A stretch of 24,842 bases of DNA, taken from NCBI GenBank assembly GCA_051382335.1, contig JBBCAX010000173.1, positions 1 to 24,842 on the forward strand, written 5' to 3'. Each line of letters starts with the position of its first letter. Position 1 is the stretch's first letter. Made by a program: the position numbers and the translations under genes. The DNA comes from Deltaproteobacteria bacterium TL4. Its GTDB lineage: Bacteria > SAR324 > NAC60-12. The notes under the pieces are model-generated. The model was not told the DNA's origin and did not search any database. It saw nothing but the letters and a program-made list of their open reading frames with translations. Shown here piece by piece: positions 9,559 to 17,491 of this stretch.

Positions 9559-12500
9559 ATGCCACAAACACTATTCAGGATTACACGGGCAATCAAACAT
9601 TTCAAATCGGGTAATAGTGAGTTTCGCCTGGATGTCTATCCAAAGCTTGAAACTTGTTACAATAAACTCGTTGATATCTCTGAAGAAACAGCAGCAACAC
9701 TGGATTATCTGGATATGGAGATTCCAACCCTGCTGACTCAATTTTGCCAAAAACTGGGGGATACGAAAGCGACCTATGAACGCTTGGCTGACGCTTTTGA
9801 AATTCCTTCGAACATTGAGCGTGCACGGATACCTCTTGTTGATTGGATTGAACATCATTTTCATGAAGTCGTGGAAATCCCGACAGGCGAAATCACCGTA
9901 ATCATGGGGGGAAACGGGTGTGGAAAATCCACCATGATGAACCTGATGGCACTCATGGATCAAAGTAATCAGGGGACCGAAATTACTTTGAATTTTTCAG
10001 AGAAGCACTATCACTATCAAGACATGCCAACCAAAGGGCTTAGTTCTCCAGAGCAGGTTTTTTTGAGACAAAACGCCTTCAGCTTTATGTTTCAGGATGA
10101 CTACTTGATCCAAACCTTTGACAATCAAAAGAACCTTGAATTATCCAATTTACTGAAAGGCAGAAAAACCACGGAGGGCGGTATTGTTCTGGATTTTGTC
10201 CTGGAGCAATTTATTCTGTTAGATGAAAGTTACTTGACGAAATATCCTTCCCAAGTGTCAGGCGGACAGCGACAACGCTTTTCGTTGGGTCGGGCCGTTT
10301 TAGCAAACTCGCCCATTATCTTTGCCGATGAACCTACCGCCGCGTTAGATACTTACAGTTCCAACATCATTTTACAACGCTTAAGAGATTGGTGCCAGGC
10401 GGTTCCTGAGGAGCGTTGTGTGGTACTCATTTGTCATGATATTGATTTAGCCTATAAGTACGGCGACAATTTCTGGCTGCTTTCCCCTACAGAATGGGCC
10501 AATAAAGAGGGAAAAGAGGGCGAATCCCGTCTTCAGGGACGGCATCATTCCTTCATGAGAAAAGCGGATAATCATCCGAATCTCAAAGAATGGATACAAC
10601 ATGCGATTTCTTTAACCAAACGTCAGCAAGCAGGGATTGAACTTCAACCGAAACAACGCGAACAATTGGCACAAGTTGGTGCGTCTACCCAAAAAATCGA
10701 AGAACCGCCGACTTCATTCTGCGCACGATACGCAAAAAATGATGTATTTCCCAATCGTAACCTCAATATCCCTAACCAAGCCATCATGCAGATCATTTCG
10801 TTTACTTTGTTTTTTACGATTTCGTTTTTATTGATTGGCTTTTTGAAGGGGTCGGAACAGGCACAATTGAAAGAGTTGGAAGAATCCAGCTTTCTCCGTT
10901 TAAAAGTCGCGCCCAATGATAAATATCCTGTTTTTCGGGAAGAGTCGCTAGGCCTCTTAAATGCGGTCCAACGAAAAGGCAGTGAATTCATTCTGCCGAT
11001 ACAGAAAGGTTTGGAAGAAAAAGAATTTAAAGCGACGAATCTGGTTAATGTAAAAGGTCAAAATGAAATTCACCTTCAATTCGTTACCACCCATAAACGA
11101 ACGGTCAAAGGGGTTGGGAATACCGCGAATTTGGAGGATCCCATGTTTCTGATCCTGAACAGGCAGCAGCATTTGCAAAAATGGTTTGAACCCCCTAACG
11201 TCTCAAAAAGACATCAAATGATTTTGAAAAACTCATTTTTATCAGGAAAATTAGGTTACGTTTTGCCTGAAACCTTTCCAAACACACTCAGTCGATTTAA
11301 AAAACTAAAACTGAATCAACAGAAAACGGAATTTGTTGAAATAAATCTGCTCAAAATCGTAAATAAATTAATCCAAACCGCCAAAGACAGCAACCGGGAT
11401 TCAGAACTGAAAGCACTGGCAAGCTACAGAAAGATAGAACAAGCGGATACTTATAAATTTGCCACCAATCTGAGCAAAGTCCTCTCAGACAGCACTCAAT
11501 ATTTTGACGCACTTGCGTTTTTGGAGGACCCTGTTTTTCAAAAGCTACTTACGGAACTGGTGGTTCAAGATCCCAAACAGCTTGATTTGAGAATTCAGCG
11601 TTATGGATTTCAAGTAGATGTTCTGGCTCGAGTTGATGAACTCCCGGACAATAAGGATTTTATTGTACTGGAAGAGTTGTTTTTGGATTATAACAGGCAA
11701 ACGTTGATCAAACCCCAACGCTATGGACAACTGACCTTAACTTATCCAATGGATCAATGGTCAGAGAAAAAGCTGGAAACGTTGGCAGGGCATTTCAGGT
11801 GTGAAACCTACCTCCATCCTAATTGTTCACCAGACCTTCAAAGTGGACGCTTCCGTTTTGCGGATATTCAGGAAAATCAGGATGAAGTGACGCTCGTTTT
11901 CAGTAAAGCACAGCCAGAGGCCCCTTTGATTCATAAAGACGACTGGAAACCTGTCCTCACCTGGCTGAAAACCAATCTTGGTAATTTTGACGAAGCAACG
12001 CAGCTTAACTGGGAAGAGCCCGAGTTGATTGACTTGGAACCTCAACCTTATGAAGCTGGCGAATATCAACAATTAGTGATTTATGTGAATAAACTTGAAG
12101 ACGTCATCCCGATCGTTAATCTTTTGAAGCAACCCGATCTCAATTATAATGTAGTAGGCGATGTGATTTCAGAAATCCGGAATTTGCAAAAAATGACAAA
12201 TCTTTTTTCCATTGTGACGGCCATTATTATCGGCTCTTTGGTCTTGTTAGCCTCTTTTAATTTTTGGGTGTCCTGTCGGATTCATATTGAACGAAAATAC
12301 TCTGATATTGGCCTGCTGTTGTCTTTTGGCGGATCCAAATCATCGATTATGAAAATCTTTTTGATTGAAACTTCGATTTCATTTTTTAGTGCTCTTGGCG
12401 CCAGCATCCTTTGTACAGGAGCCTTGAGTGCCGTGATTTTAATTCTTGTAGAGCAAACCTCTCTGGATGTGAGCTTTACTTATTGGACTTTAGTCTTTTT

Positions 12501-12600
12501 CCTGCCAGTTCTGCTGGGAATGGCCTCCATGTATGTTCCTACGATCAGTTTGGTTAAAAAAGCGGTGGAAAAAAGTCCGTCGATGTTACTTAAAATGTAA
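9559..12600 (+). CDS. Fused ABC ATPase + FtsX/MacB-type permease, TagT/TagS-like (1013 aa)
   Basis: Walker A GGNGCGKST, Q-loop FMFQD, signature VSGGQRQR, Walker B IIFADEPTAALD, H-loop ICHD. One TM, a large extracytoplasmic domain, then three TMs with ERKYSDIGLLLSFGGS. ATG 9559 has AGGA upstream. Confidence 0.88.
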   Translation: MPQTLFRITRAIKHFKSGNSEFRLDVYPKLETCYNKLVDISEETAATLDYLDMEIPTLLTQFCQKLGDTKATYERLADAFEIPSNIERARIPLVDWIEHHFHEVVEIPTGEITVIMGGNGCGKSTMMNLMALMDQSNQGTEITLNFSEKHYHYQDMPTKGLSSPEQVFLRQNAFSFMFQDDYLIQTFDNQKNLELSNLLKGRKTTEGGIVLDFVLEQFILLDESYLTKYPSQVSGGQRQRFSLGRAVLANSPIIFADEPTAALDTYSSNIILQRLRDWCQAVPEERCVVLICHDIDLAYKYGDNFWLLSPTEWANKEGKEGESRLQGRHHSFMRKADNHPNLKEWIQHAISLTKRQQAGIELQPKQREQLAQVGASTQKIEEPPTSFCARYAKNDVFPNRNLNIPNQAIMQIISFTLFFTISFLLIGFLKGSEQAQLKELEESSFLRLKVAPNDKYPVFREESLGLLNAVQRKGSEFILPIQKGLEEKEFKATNLVNVKGQNEIHLQFVTTHKRTVKGVGNTANLEDPMFLILNRQQHLQKWFEPPNVSKRHQMILKNSFLSGKLGYVLPETFPNTLSRFKKLKLNQQKTEFVEINLLKIVNKLIQTAKDSNRDSELKALASYRKIEQADTYKFATNLSKVLSDSTQYFDALAFLEDPVFQKLLTELVVQDPKQLDLRIQRYGFQVDVLARVDELPDNKDFIVLEELFLDYNRQTLIKPQRYGQLTLTYPMDQWSEKKLETLAGHFRCETYLHPNCSPDLQSGRFRFADIQENQDEVTLVFSKAQPEAPLIHKDDWKPVLTWLKTNLGNFDEATQLNWEEPELIDLEPQPYEAGEYQQLVIYVNKLEDVIPIVNLLKQPDLNYNVVGDVISEIRNLQKMTNLFSIVTAIIIGSLVLLASFNFWVSCRIHIERKYSDIGLLLSFGGSKSSIMKIFLIETSISFFSALGASILCTGALSAVILILVEQTSLDVSFTYWTLVFFLPVLLGMASMYVPTISLVKKAVEKSPSMLLKM

Positions 12601-12608
12601 TGATTGTA

Positions 12609-12762
12609 GGGGTTGGTCATATTTTCGGCCGCAATTTGTAGGGGCGAACCTGTGTGTTCGCCCTGATCTTGGGCAGACACTGCCCCTACGGGATAAAACA
12701 CAAATCAGGTGGAACATCAAAGATCAAATTTTTGACACATGGCCAAAAATGTGACCAACCCC
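12609..12762. mobile_element. 154-bp non-autonomous MITE with 22-bp TIRs and an 8-bp target-site duplication
   Basis: Left TIR GGGGTTGGTCATATTTTCGGCC (12609-12630) matches the reverse complement of 12741-12762 (GGGGTTGGTCACATTTTTGGCC) at 20 of 22 positions. TGATTGTA flanks both ends (12601-12608 and 12763-12770). Confidence 0.85.
12638..12689. repeat. Inverted doublet of GTAG-family REP sequences
   Basis: GTAG-GGGCGAAC-CTGTGT-GTTCGCCC (12638-12663, perfect 8-bp stem) and, on the opposite strand, GTAG-GGGCAG-TGT-CTGCCC (12689-12671, shortened copy). Confidence 0.8.
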
Positions 12763-12784
12763 TGATTGTATCTAAAGAGAGAGC

Positions 12785-14248
12785 ATGATTTCTCAAATTA
12801 ATAATTTTGAGTTGCGAGATTCAATTAATCCCATGGAGTTGAACTTCCATCTCCTCGAAGATGAAGATTTAGCACATCTGATCCTTGAGGATTGCTTGCA
12901 ATTACTCCACAGTTCCTTTGATGAGATTGAATCGGAGAAGCGACAAGTCTGGTTCAAACGGTTATGGAACTTACTCGTTTTTGGTTCCAATAAACGTCGG
13001 GTTGACCAAGCTCGGACTCATGAGGAGTGTATCGGAATCTTCGTCGAAGTCCTGCTCAGCTATCTCCGGTTTTTTCCTAAAAAATGCAGTTTGTTACATC
13101 AATTCCTGGAAGCCTTGATCGGGGATAAGGAAAATTATAATTTTTTTGCGGAATTGTTGCAAGAACATCAATTTGAAGTCATTTTAAAAGAAAATAAAAT
13201 CACCCTGATCAACCATCAAAAACTGCATCAATGGGAAGAGGCCCAGAAAACGCTGCTCATCAAAATGATGGTTTTGGCGGCTTATGCCGATGATTTCATC
13301 AGTTACGGGGAACAGGAACTGATTCAGTGGAGCATTGATGTACTTCTGGAAAGTAATCAAAGTAAACGGAACTGTCAGATCTATCTCAACAATCCAAAGC
13401 AGAAAAAACAATTAATTCATGCCCTTCAAGCGGTTAAAGACTTTGAATTTAAAAAGACAGTCTATGAAAGCTGCCTGAAAGTGATCATCGTTGATAATTA
13501 TATCCATTTAAGTGAGCTGGATTTTATTCATAAGTTAGAACTGGTTTTAGATTTACCTTCCTCAGAACGACAATCGATAAAATACTTGGAGGCTTATTTT
13601 ATTGATCCCACGTTATCTCTGGAAAAAGCTCAAACCTGGAGAAACCCGCAAAATGAAGAAGAGTCTGAGATGTTTGTGGACCAGTTGAAAAGCTTGGTTG
13701 CCTCATTCGGCTGGAGGTATTTGAATCCGTTACTGCTTAAGTTGGAACAATATTATCGTTATGATCACTCGGTTTCCATTCAAAAATTCATTCCCTTGTT
13801 CTCTGCGGAAAGTCTGCGCCGCATGCTTTTAAGCAATTTTGATAAGCTTGTAAAACTACAGATTGGCTATCTGGATGAGCTTTTTCCGGAGGTTCATGGC
13901 AAGCTTGAATCCTTTGCCCCTCAACTTAAAAATCAACTGCTTAAGGAAAGTACGATTCTTGACAAAAAGCTTTTGGAATTAGCGTATACGACTGAGACGC
14001 TTGAAGAACAGTATTATTGTCACCCTTCCCTGTTTGATTCAATGACCAAGCAGCAATGTGTGGAAGTTTTGCTGAAAGATCTCCCACCTACCTCGACAGA
14101 CGTGATCGACTTGATCAAAACGTGGGAATTGAACCGAATGGAACTTATAAAATCAACCGCCATCTTTCATAATAATATAACACGGTTCATCCTGGATTCT
14201 ATCGCGCAATGGCTTCCCTCTGTCAACTCTGAGAAACTTTACTACTGA
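12785..14248 (+). CDS. TerB-like (tellurite-resistance B family) domain protein, 487 aa
   Basis: Central duplicated TerB-type motifs MMVLAAYADDFISYGEQELI and CLKVIIVDNYIHLSELDFIHKLELVLDL. Flanking regions are helical and unrecognised; no signal peptide. Confidence 0.7.
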   Translation: MISQINNFELRDSINPMELNFHLLEDEDLAHLILEDCLQLLHSSFDEIESEKRQVWFKRLWNLLVFGSNKRRVDQARTHEECIGIFVEVLLSYLRFFPKKCSLLHQFLEALIGDKENYNFFAELLQEHQFEVILKENKITLINHQKLHQWEEAQKTLLIKMMVLAAYADDFISYGEQELIQWSIDVLLESNQSKRNCQIYLNNPKQKKQLIHALQAVKDFEFKKTVYESCLKVIIVDNYIHLSELDFIHKLELVLDLPSSERQSIKYLEAYFIDPTLSLEKAQTWRNPQNEEESEMFVDQLKSLVASFGWRYLNPLLLKLEQYYRYDHSVSIQKFIPLFSAESLRRMLLSNFDKLVKLQIGYLDELFPEVHGKLESFAPQLKNQLLKESTILDKKLLELAYTTETLEEQYYCHPSLFDSMTKQQCVEVLLKDLPPTSTDVIDLIKTWELNRMELIKSTAIFHNNITRFILDSIAQWLPSVNSEKLYY

Positions 14249-14534
14249 GCAACCGCATCCTCTGGTGTCCATTATACTCCTAGAGCAGGCACGCGAGTCA
14301 TTTTCTAGACAGCCATTTGCCTCCGGATATAAACTCACAGGAGATCAAAAGGAATACGATTGATCTCATTTAACTTATCCTGGCTTGAGTTCAATCTCAA
14401 TCCTGGATAAAAGCCGATTCAACGTATCGGCATGAGGACAAGATTCGAGTTCAGAAAAAAAGGCGTGAAGTGTTATTCCTAAGGCTTTTACCCCCAACCC
14501 TGGAGTAATATCAGCTTGTCGCGGTAAACCTGCA

Positions 14535-14546
14535 GGGGGGGGGGGG
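14535..14546. repeat. G12 homopolymer tract in a convergent intergenic region
   Basis: Twelve consecutive G residues, 15 nt downstream of the nitroreductase stop codon. Confidence 0.85.
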
Positions 14547-14561
14547 CTTATCGACTTTACG

Positions 14562-15428
14562 TTATTCGATCCATGTGACAGGGGGTTGTTTTCTTGAAAC
14601 GGTATGCAGGTGAGAATAGGCAGGATGACCTAATACCAAACTCGCAAAAACCTCTTCTTTGGGAGGAACACGCAACCATTTTTTCAATTTTTTACTATGC
14701 TTCAAGGCCATGGTCAGGAAGCCAATATAACAGGTTCCCAATCCCAGCGAGTGCGCGTAATTGGTGAAATTTGCTGCCGCGATGTTACAATTATCACAAC
14801 CAAAATGCGACTTTGAGGGCGCATGTATCAGAACCAGGAGGGGTGCGTTATGAAGAATAAAGTCTCTGCCTGCATTACGCTGTTGAATATAATACTCCAT
14901 TGTCCCAACATAACGATCCATGGATTTGACAAAAGCATTGCTTTTCATCGCATGAAACAAAGGTTTGCCCACTCCGCTTTGAGTCCATTGAAAAAAACGT
15001 TCTCCCCATGAAAAAATATGGGAAGAAATTTTTTGAAGTAACGCTTTATCCGTGACCACAATATATCGAACATCCTGTAAATTACTGGCGGTAGGCGAAT
15101 AACGGGCCAAATCAATGATTTGTTCAAGCACTTCTTTTGAAACCGGCTTATCTTTGTACTGCCGAATACTTCGCCTCGTTTTAACAATTTCAGCATAGAC
15201 TTCAGGATCCAATAACCGTTTGTTTCGTCGCCTGATTTGTGACTTGTCCATGGCGTCATGTTCGATGATATTCAAAGGACAGACAGAGACACAATGACTG
15301 CATCGATTACAGGACTCAATATCAACCACAACGGGGACGTTATCCATATTTCGAAAAACCCCTGAAATGCAATCTTGCACACACAACATGCAGGCATTAC
15401 ATTTTTCCTCATTTATGCTTATATTCAT
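14562..15428 (-). CDS. Nitroreductase family protein with an N-terminal 2x[4Fe-4S] ferredoxin domain
   Basis: CNACMLCVQDC and CNRCSHCVSVCP; RRSIRQY, SPTASNLQ, AHSLGLGTCYIG, LVLGHP; GAGGTG RBS. Confidence 0.93.
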   Translation of the reverse strand: MNISINEEKCNACMLCVQDCISGVFRNMDNVPVVVDIESCNRCSHCVSVCPLNIIEHDAMDKSQIRRRNKRLLDPEVYAEIVKTRRSIRQYKDKPVSKEVLEQIIDLARYSPTASNLQDVRYIVVTDKALLQKISSHIFSWGERFFQWTQSGVGKPLFHAMKSNAFVKSMDRYVGTMEYYIQQRNAGRDFILHNAPLLVLIHAPSKSHFGCDNCNIAAANFTNYAHSLGLGTCYIGFLTMALKHSKKLKKWLRVPPKEEVFASLVLGHPAYSHLHTVSRKQPPVTWIE

Positions 15429-15654
15429 TCTTCACCTCAGAGTACACTGTACGGAAATACTTCCAATTTTGATAGTTCCTACACAAGAGTGCGGTTCATA
15501 GAATCAGTTGCTTATGGATATAGACAAAACCACGAGAAATCGCCAACTTAATCGTAAATGCGGCCTGGTTCTAAAATGCGGAGGGGTACCCGTGCCCATT
15601 TCCACGCAGAAGCGCACGAATATCTTGGAAAGAATGGGGTTATCAAAACTCGTC

Positions 15655-16221
15655 TCAAAACTTCGGCTGAGGGTAAGTAAAAACGGCACTTCGGTCATGA
15701 AGTATTTTTTGCATGTTAATATAATCCATCAAGGCAATCGGTGGGAAGTCAGGAGTCCCAAGAATAGGCGGTTGAGGCGGAAAGGGACTGATACAGGAAC
15801 CATCCCTGCGGATCATGTGGGAACGATCAGAATACAGGTAACGGTGATAATCTGCGATGGGAATTTCACGAATCCAAAGGGAGTATAAAGGATTCAACTG
15901 TTTATGGAGAGGAAAAGTGGACTCTGCATACTTGGACAACGGCATTGGAAAAGGGAGTTGACTGGCAAAATCCAAAACCCACTGCTGAGAGGAGGACTCC
16001 GTATAGATCAGGATCACATGATAGTCCCAGACTACAGGCGTTAAAGGACGGTCCGGGTGCTGGTAATACAGCGGGATTTGTTTTCTGGAGTTCGAGAGGA
16101 TCCAAACGCTGAGGGCTTCTCCTGGAATACCTTCTGCCAGGAGAGACTTTCCCAGTCTCCAAATATTTTCCTCACAGAAATTTGGAGTGTATGTGTAGTT
16201 TGCTTTGTTAAAGCGCGGCAC
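15655..16221 (-). CDS. Protein N-terminal glutamine amidohydrolase (NTAQ1/WDYHV1 family)
   Basis: YTPNFCEENIWRL, VVWDYHVILI, VLDFASQLPFP, SDRSHM, PFPPQPPI; the Cys-His-Asp triad is present. GTG start 2 nt after the FKBP stop. Confidence 0.9.
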   Translation of the reverse strand: MPRFNKANYTYTPNFCEENIWRLGKSLLAEGIPGEALSVWILSNSRKQIPLYYQHPDRPLTPVVWDYHVILIYTESSSQQWVLDFASQLPFPMPLSKYAESTFPLHKQLNPLYSLWIREIPIADYHRYLYSDRSHMIRRDGSCISPFPPQPPILGTPDFPPIALMDYINMQKILHDRSAVFTYPQPKF

Positions 16222-16223
16222 TT

Positions 16224-16742
16224 TTAATTCACACGAATCAGTTCTACATCAAAGATTAACGCGGCGTTCGGTCCAATCACATTACCTGCGCCATTTTTTC
16301 CATACGCCAGATTATAAGGAATAAAAAGTCTCCACTTCGCGCCTTCCGGCATCAGTTGTAACCCTTCAACCCATCCGGGAATGACTTGTGTGACCCCAAA
16401 AGTAAGCGGTTGTCCACGATCATAAGAGCTATCAAACACGGTTCCATCAATCAAGGTTCCATGATAATGAACTGTGACGGATTGTCTTGGATTCGGTTTT
16501 GCCCCGCTTCCTTCCTGAATAATCTTGTATTGTAAACCACTCGGGAGCACAACCACTCCTTCATTGTTCTTGTTTTCTTCAAGAAATTTTTGACCTTCGA
16601 TTAAATTGGTTTCTGCACGTTGAGCCATGTTTGTGTCCTCCTTTTTTAAAGGGTTCTTCCCACTTAGGTAAATTCCCAAAGCAATGACTCCAATCACACA
16701 GAAAATCAAAATGATTATTTTATTCAAAGCGAGAGATTCCAT
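16224..16742 (-). CDS. FKBP-type peptidyl-prolyl cis-trans isomerase (Mip/FklB-like) with an N-terminal TM anchor; alternative internal start at 16628
   Basis: EGQKFLEEN, LPSGLQYKII, VTVHYHGTLIDGTVFDSS, VIPGWVEGLQLM, IPYNLAYG, LIFDVELI. ATG 16742 has AGGAAG upstream; ATG 16628 has AAGGAGG. Confidence 0.93.
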   Translation of the reverse strand: MESLALNKIIILIFCVIGVIALGIYLSGKNPLKKEDTNMAQRAETNLIEGQKFLEENKNNEGVVVLPSGLQYKIIQEGSGAKPNPRQSVTVHYHGTLIDGTVFDSSYDRGQPLTFGVTQVIPGWVEGLQLMPEGAKWRLFIPYNLAYGKNGAGNVIGPNAALIFDVELIRVN

Positions 16743-16920
16743 AACTTCCTTAATTTTCCTAATCAGTATTGTTTCATCGCTCCGTTGCGCTTGCACAAAC
16801 AGCGATGCGGAATTGACGTGCTGATAGACACGTTCAAATATTCTGGTGTGTTACGCTCGCAGGCTGGCGAACACACGCGACGAGTCTTGAACGGAACTCC
16901 TGCGTTGTTACAAAAGAGGT

Positions 16921-17472
16921 TCATTCAATCAGTGAGAGCGCCGGACTGAGTTTCACTTGATAACCAAATAATTCTTTTGGGTCAGCAAGCGGACTCATTT
17001 GAACATCGGTTCCGTCTAAAACTTCTTTTAGCGCTTCCTGAATCACCGAACCCAATTGCCGCGCTGTTTGCTCCGAGTGCGGAGCTTGTTTTCGGTCATT
17101 AATGGTTATTATCAACTGAGTTGTTTCAGTGCTGACGTCTGAGGGACAAGCTTCCTCACCACGCATCTTTTTTGCGAAGAGGATCCCATTGTTCAGCACT
17201 TCAACAAACCGTGCCTTGAGGCTTCCTTCCAAGCCGTTTCGTTGACAATACAGGATACCATCAGCACCTTCAGTTCGATCAAAACTCACAAAGCGTTTTG
17301 GCCCCAAGAGCACGACCCCTGGACCGTCTTGCAGGTGCAGATAATCGGCAATATCCAACCACTCTTCTTCCGTTTCATTCCAGTGGTTCAAGATTTTAAG
17401 AAACGGTTCTGCTTTAAATCCTTCAGGAGTGGGCGTCAAGACTTTGATATTGATGCGTTGTAAATCTTTCAT
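16921..17472 (-). CDS. Conserved hypothetical protein (183 aa) downstream of the sulfite/nitrite reductase
   Basis: ATG 17472 with AAGGA, 19 nt after the reductase stop; motif LDIADYLHLQDGPGVVLLG and INDRKQAP. The longer ORF-track start overlaps the reductase. Confidence 0.75.
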   Translation of the reverse strand: MKDLQRINIKVLTPTPEGFKAEPFLKILNHWNETEEEWLDIADYLHLQDGPGVVLLGPKRFVSFDRTEGADGILYCQRNGLEGSLKARFVEVLNNGILFAKKMRGEEACPSDVSTETTQLIITINDRKQAPHSEQTARQLGSVIQEALKEVLDGTDVQMSPLADPKELFGYQVKLSPALSLIE

Positions 17473-17491
17473 AGATCCTTTCAAGAATGGA

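Noticed and set aside
12480..12754. 73-aa ORFs on both strands across the MITE
   Set aside because: Chance frames through the repeat element; no transposase motifs.
15508..15888. 126-aa plus-strand ORF
   Set aside because: Largely antisense to the NTAQ1-like gene; TTG start, no RBS or motif.
16775..16905. SRP RNA or 6S RNA assignment for the structured intergenic region
   Set aside because: Lacks the SRP helix-8 CAGG...GGAA...AGCA motif and a convincing 6S central-bubble architecture.
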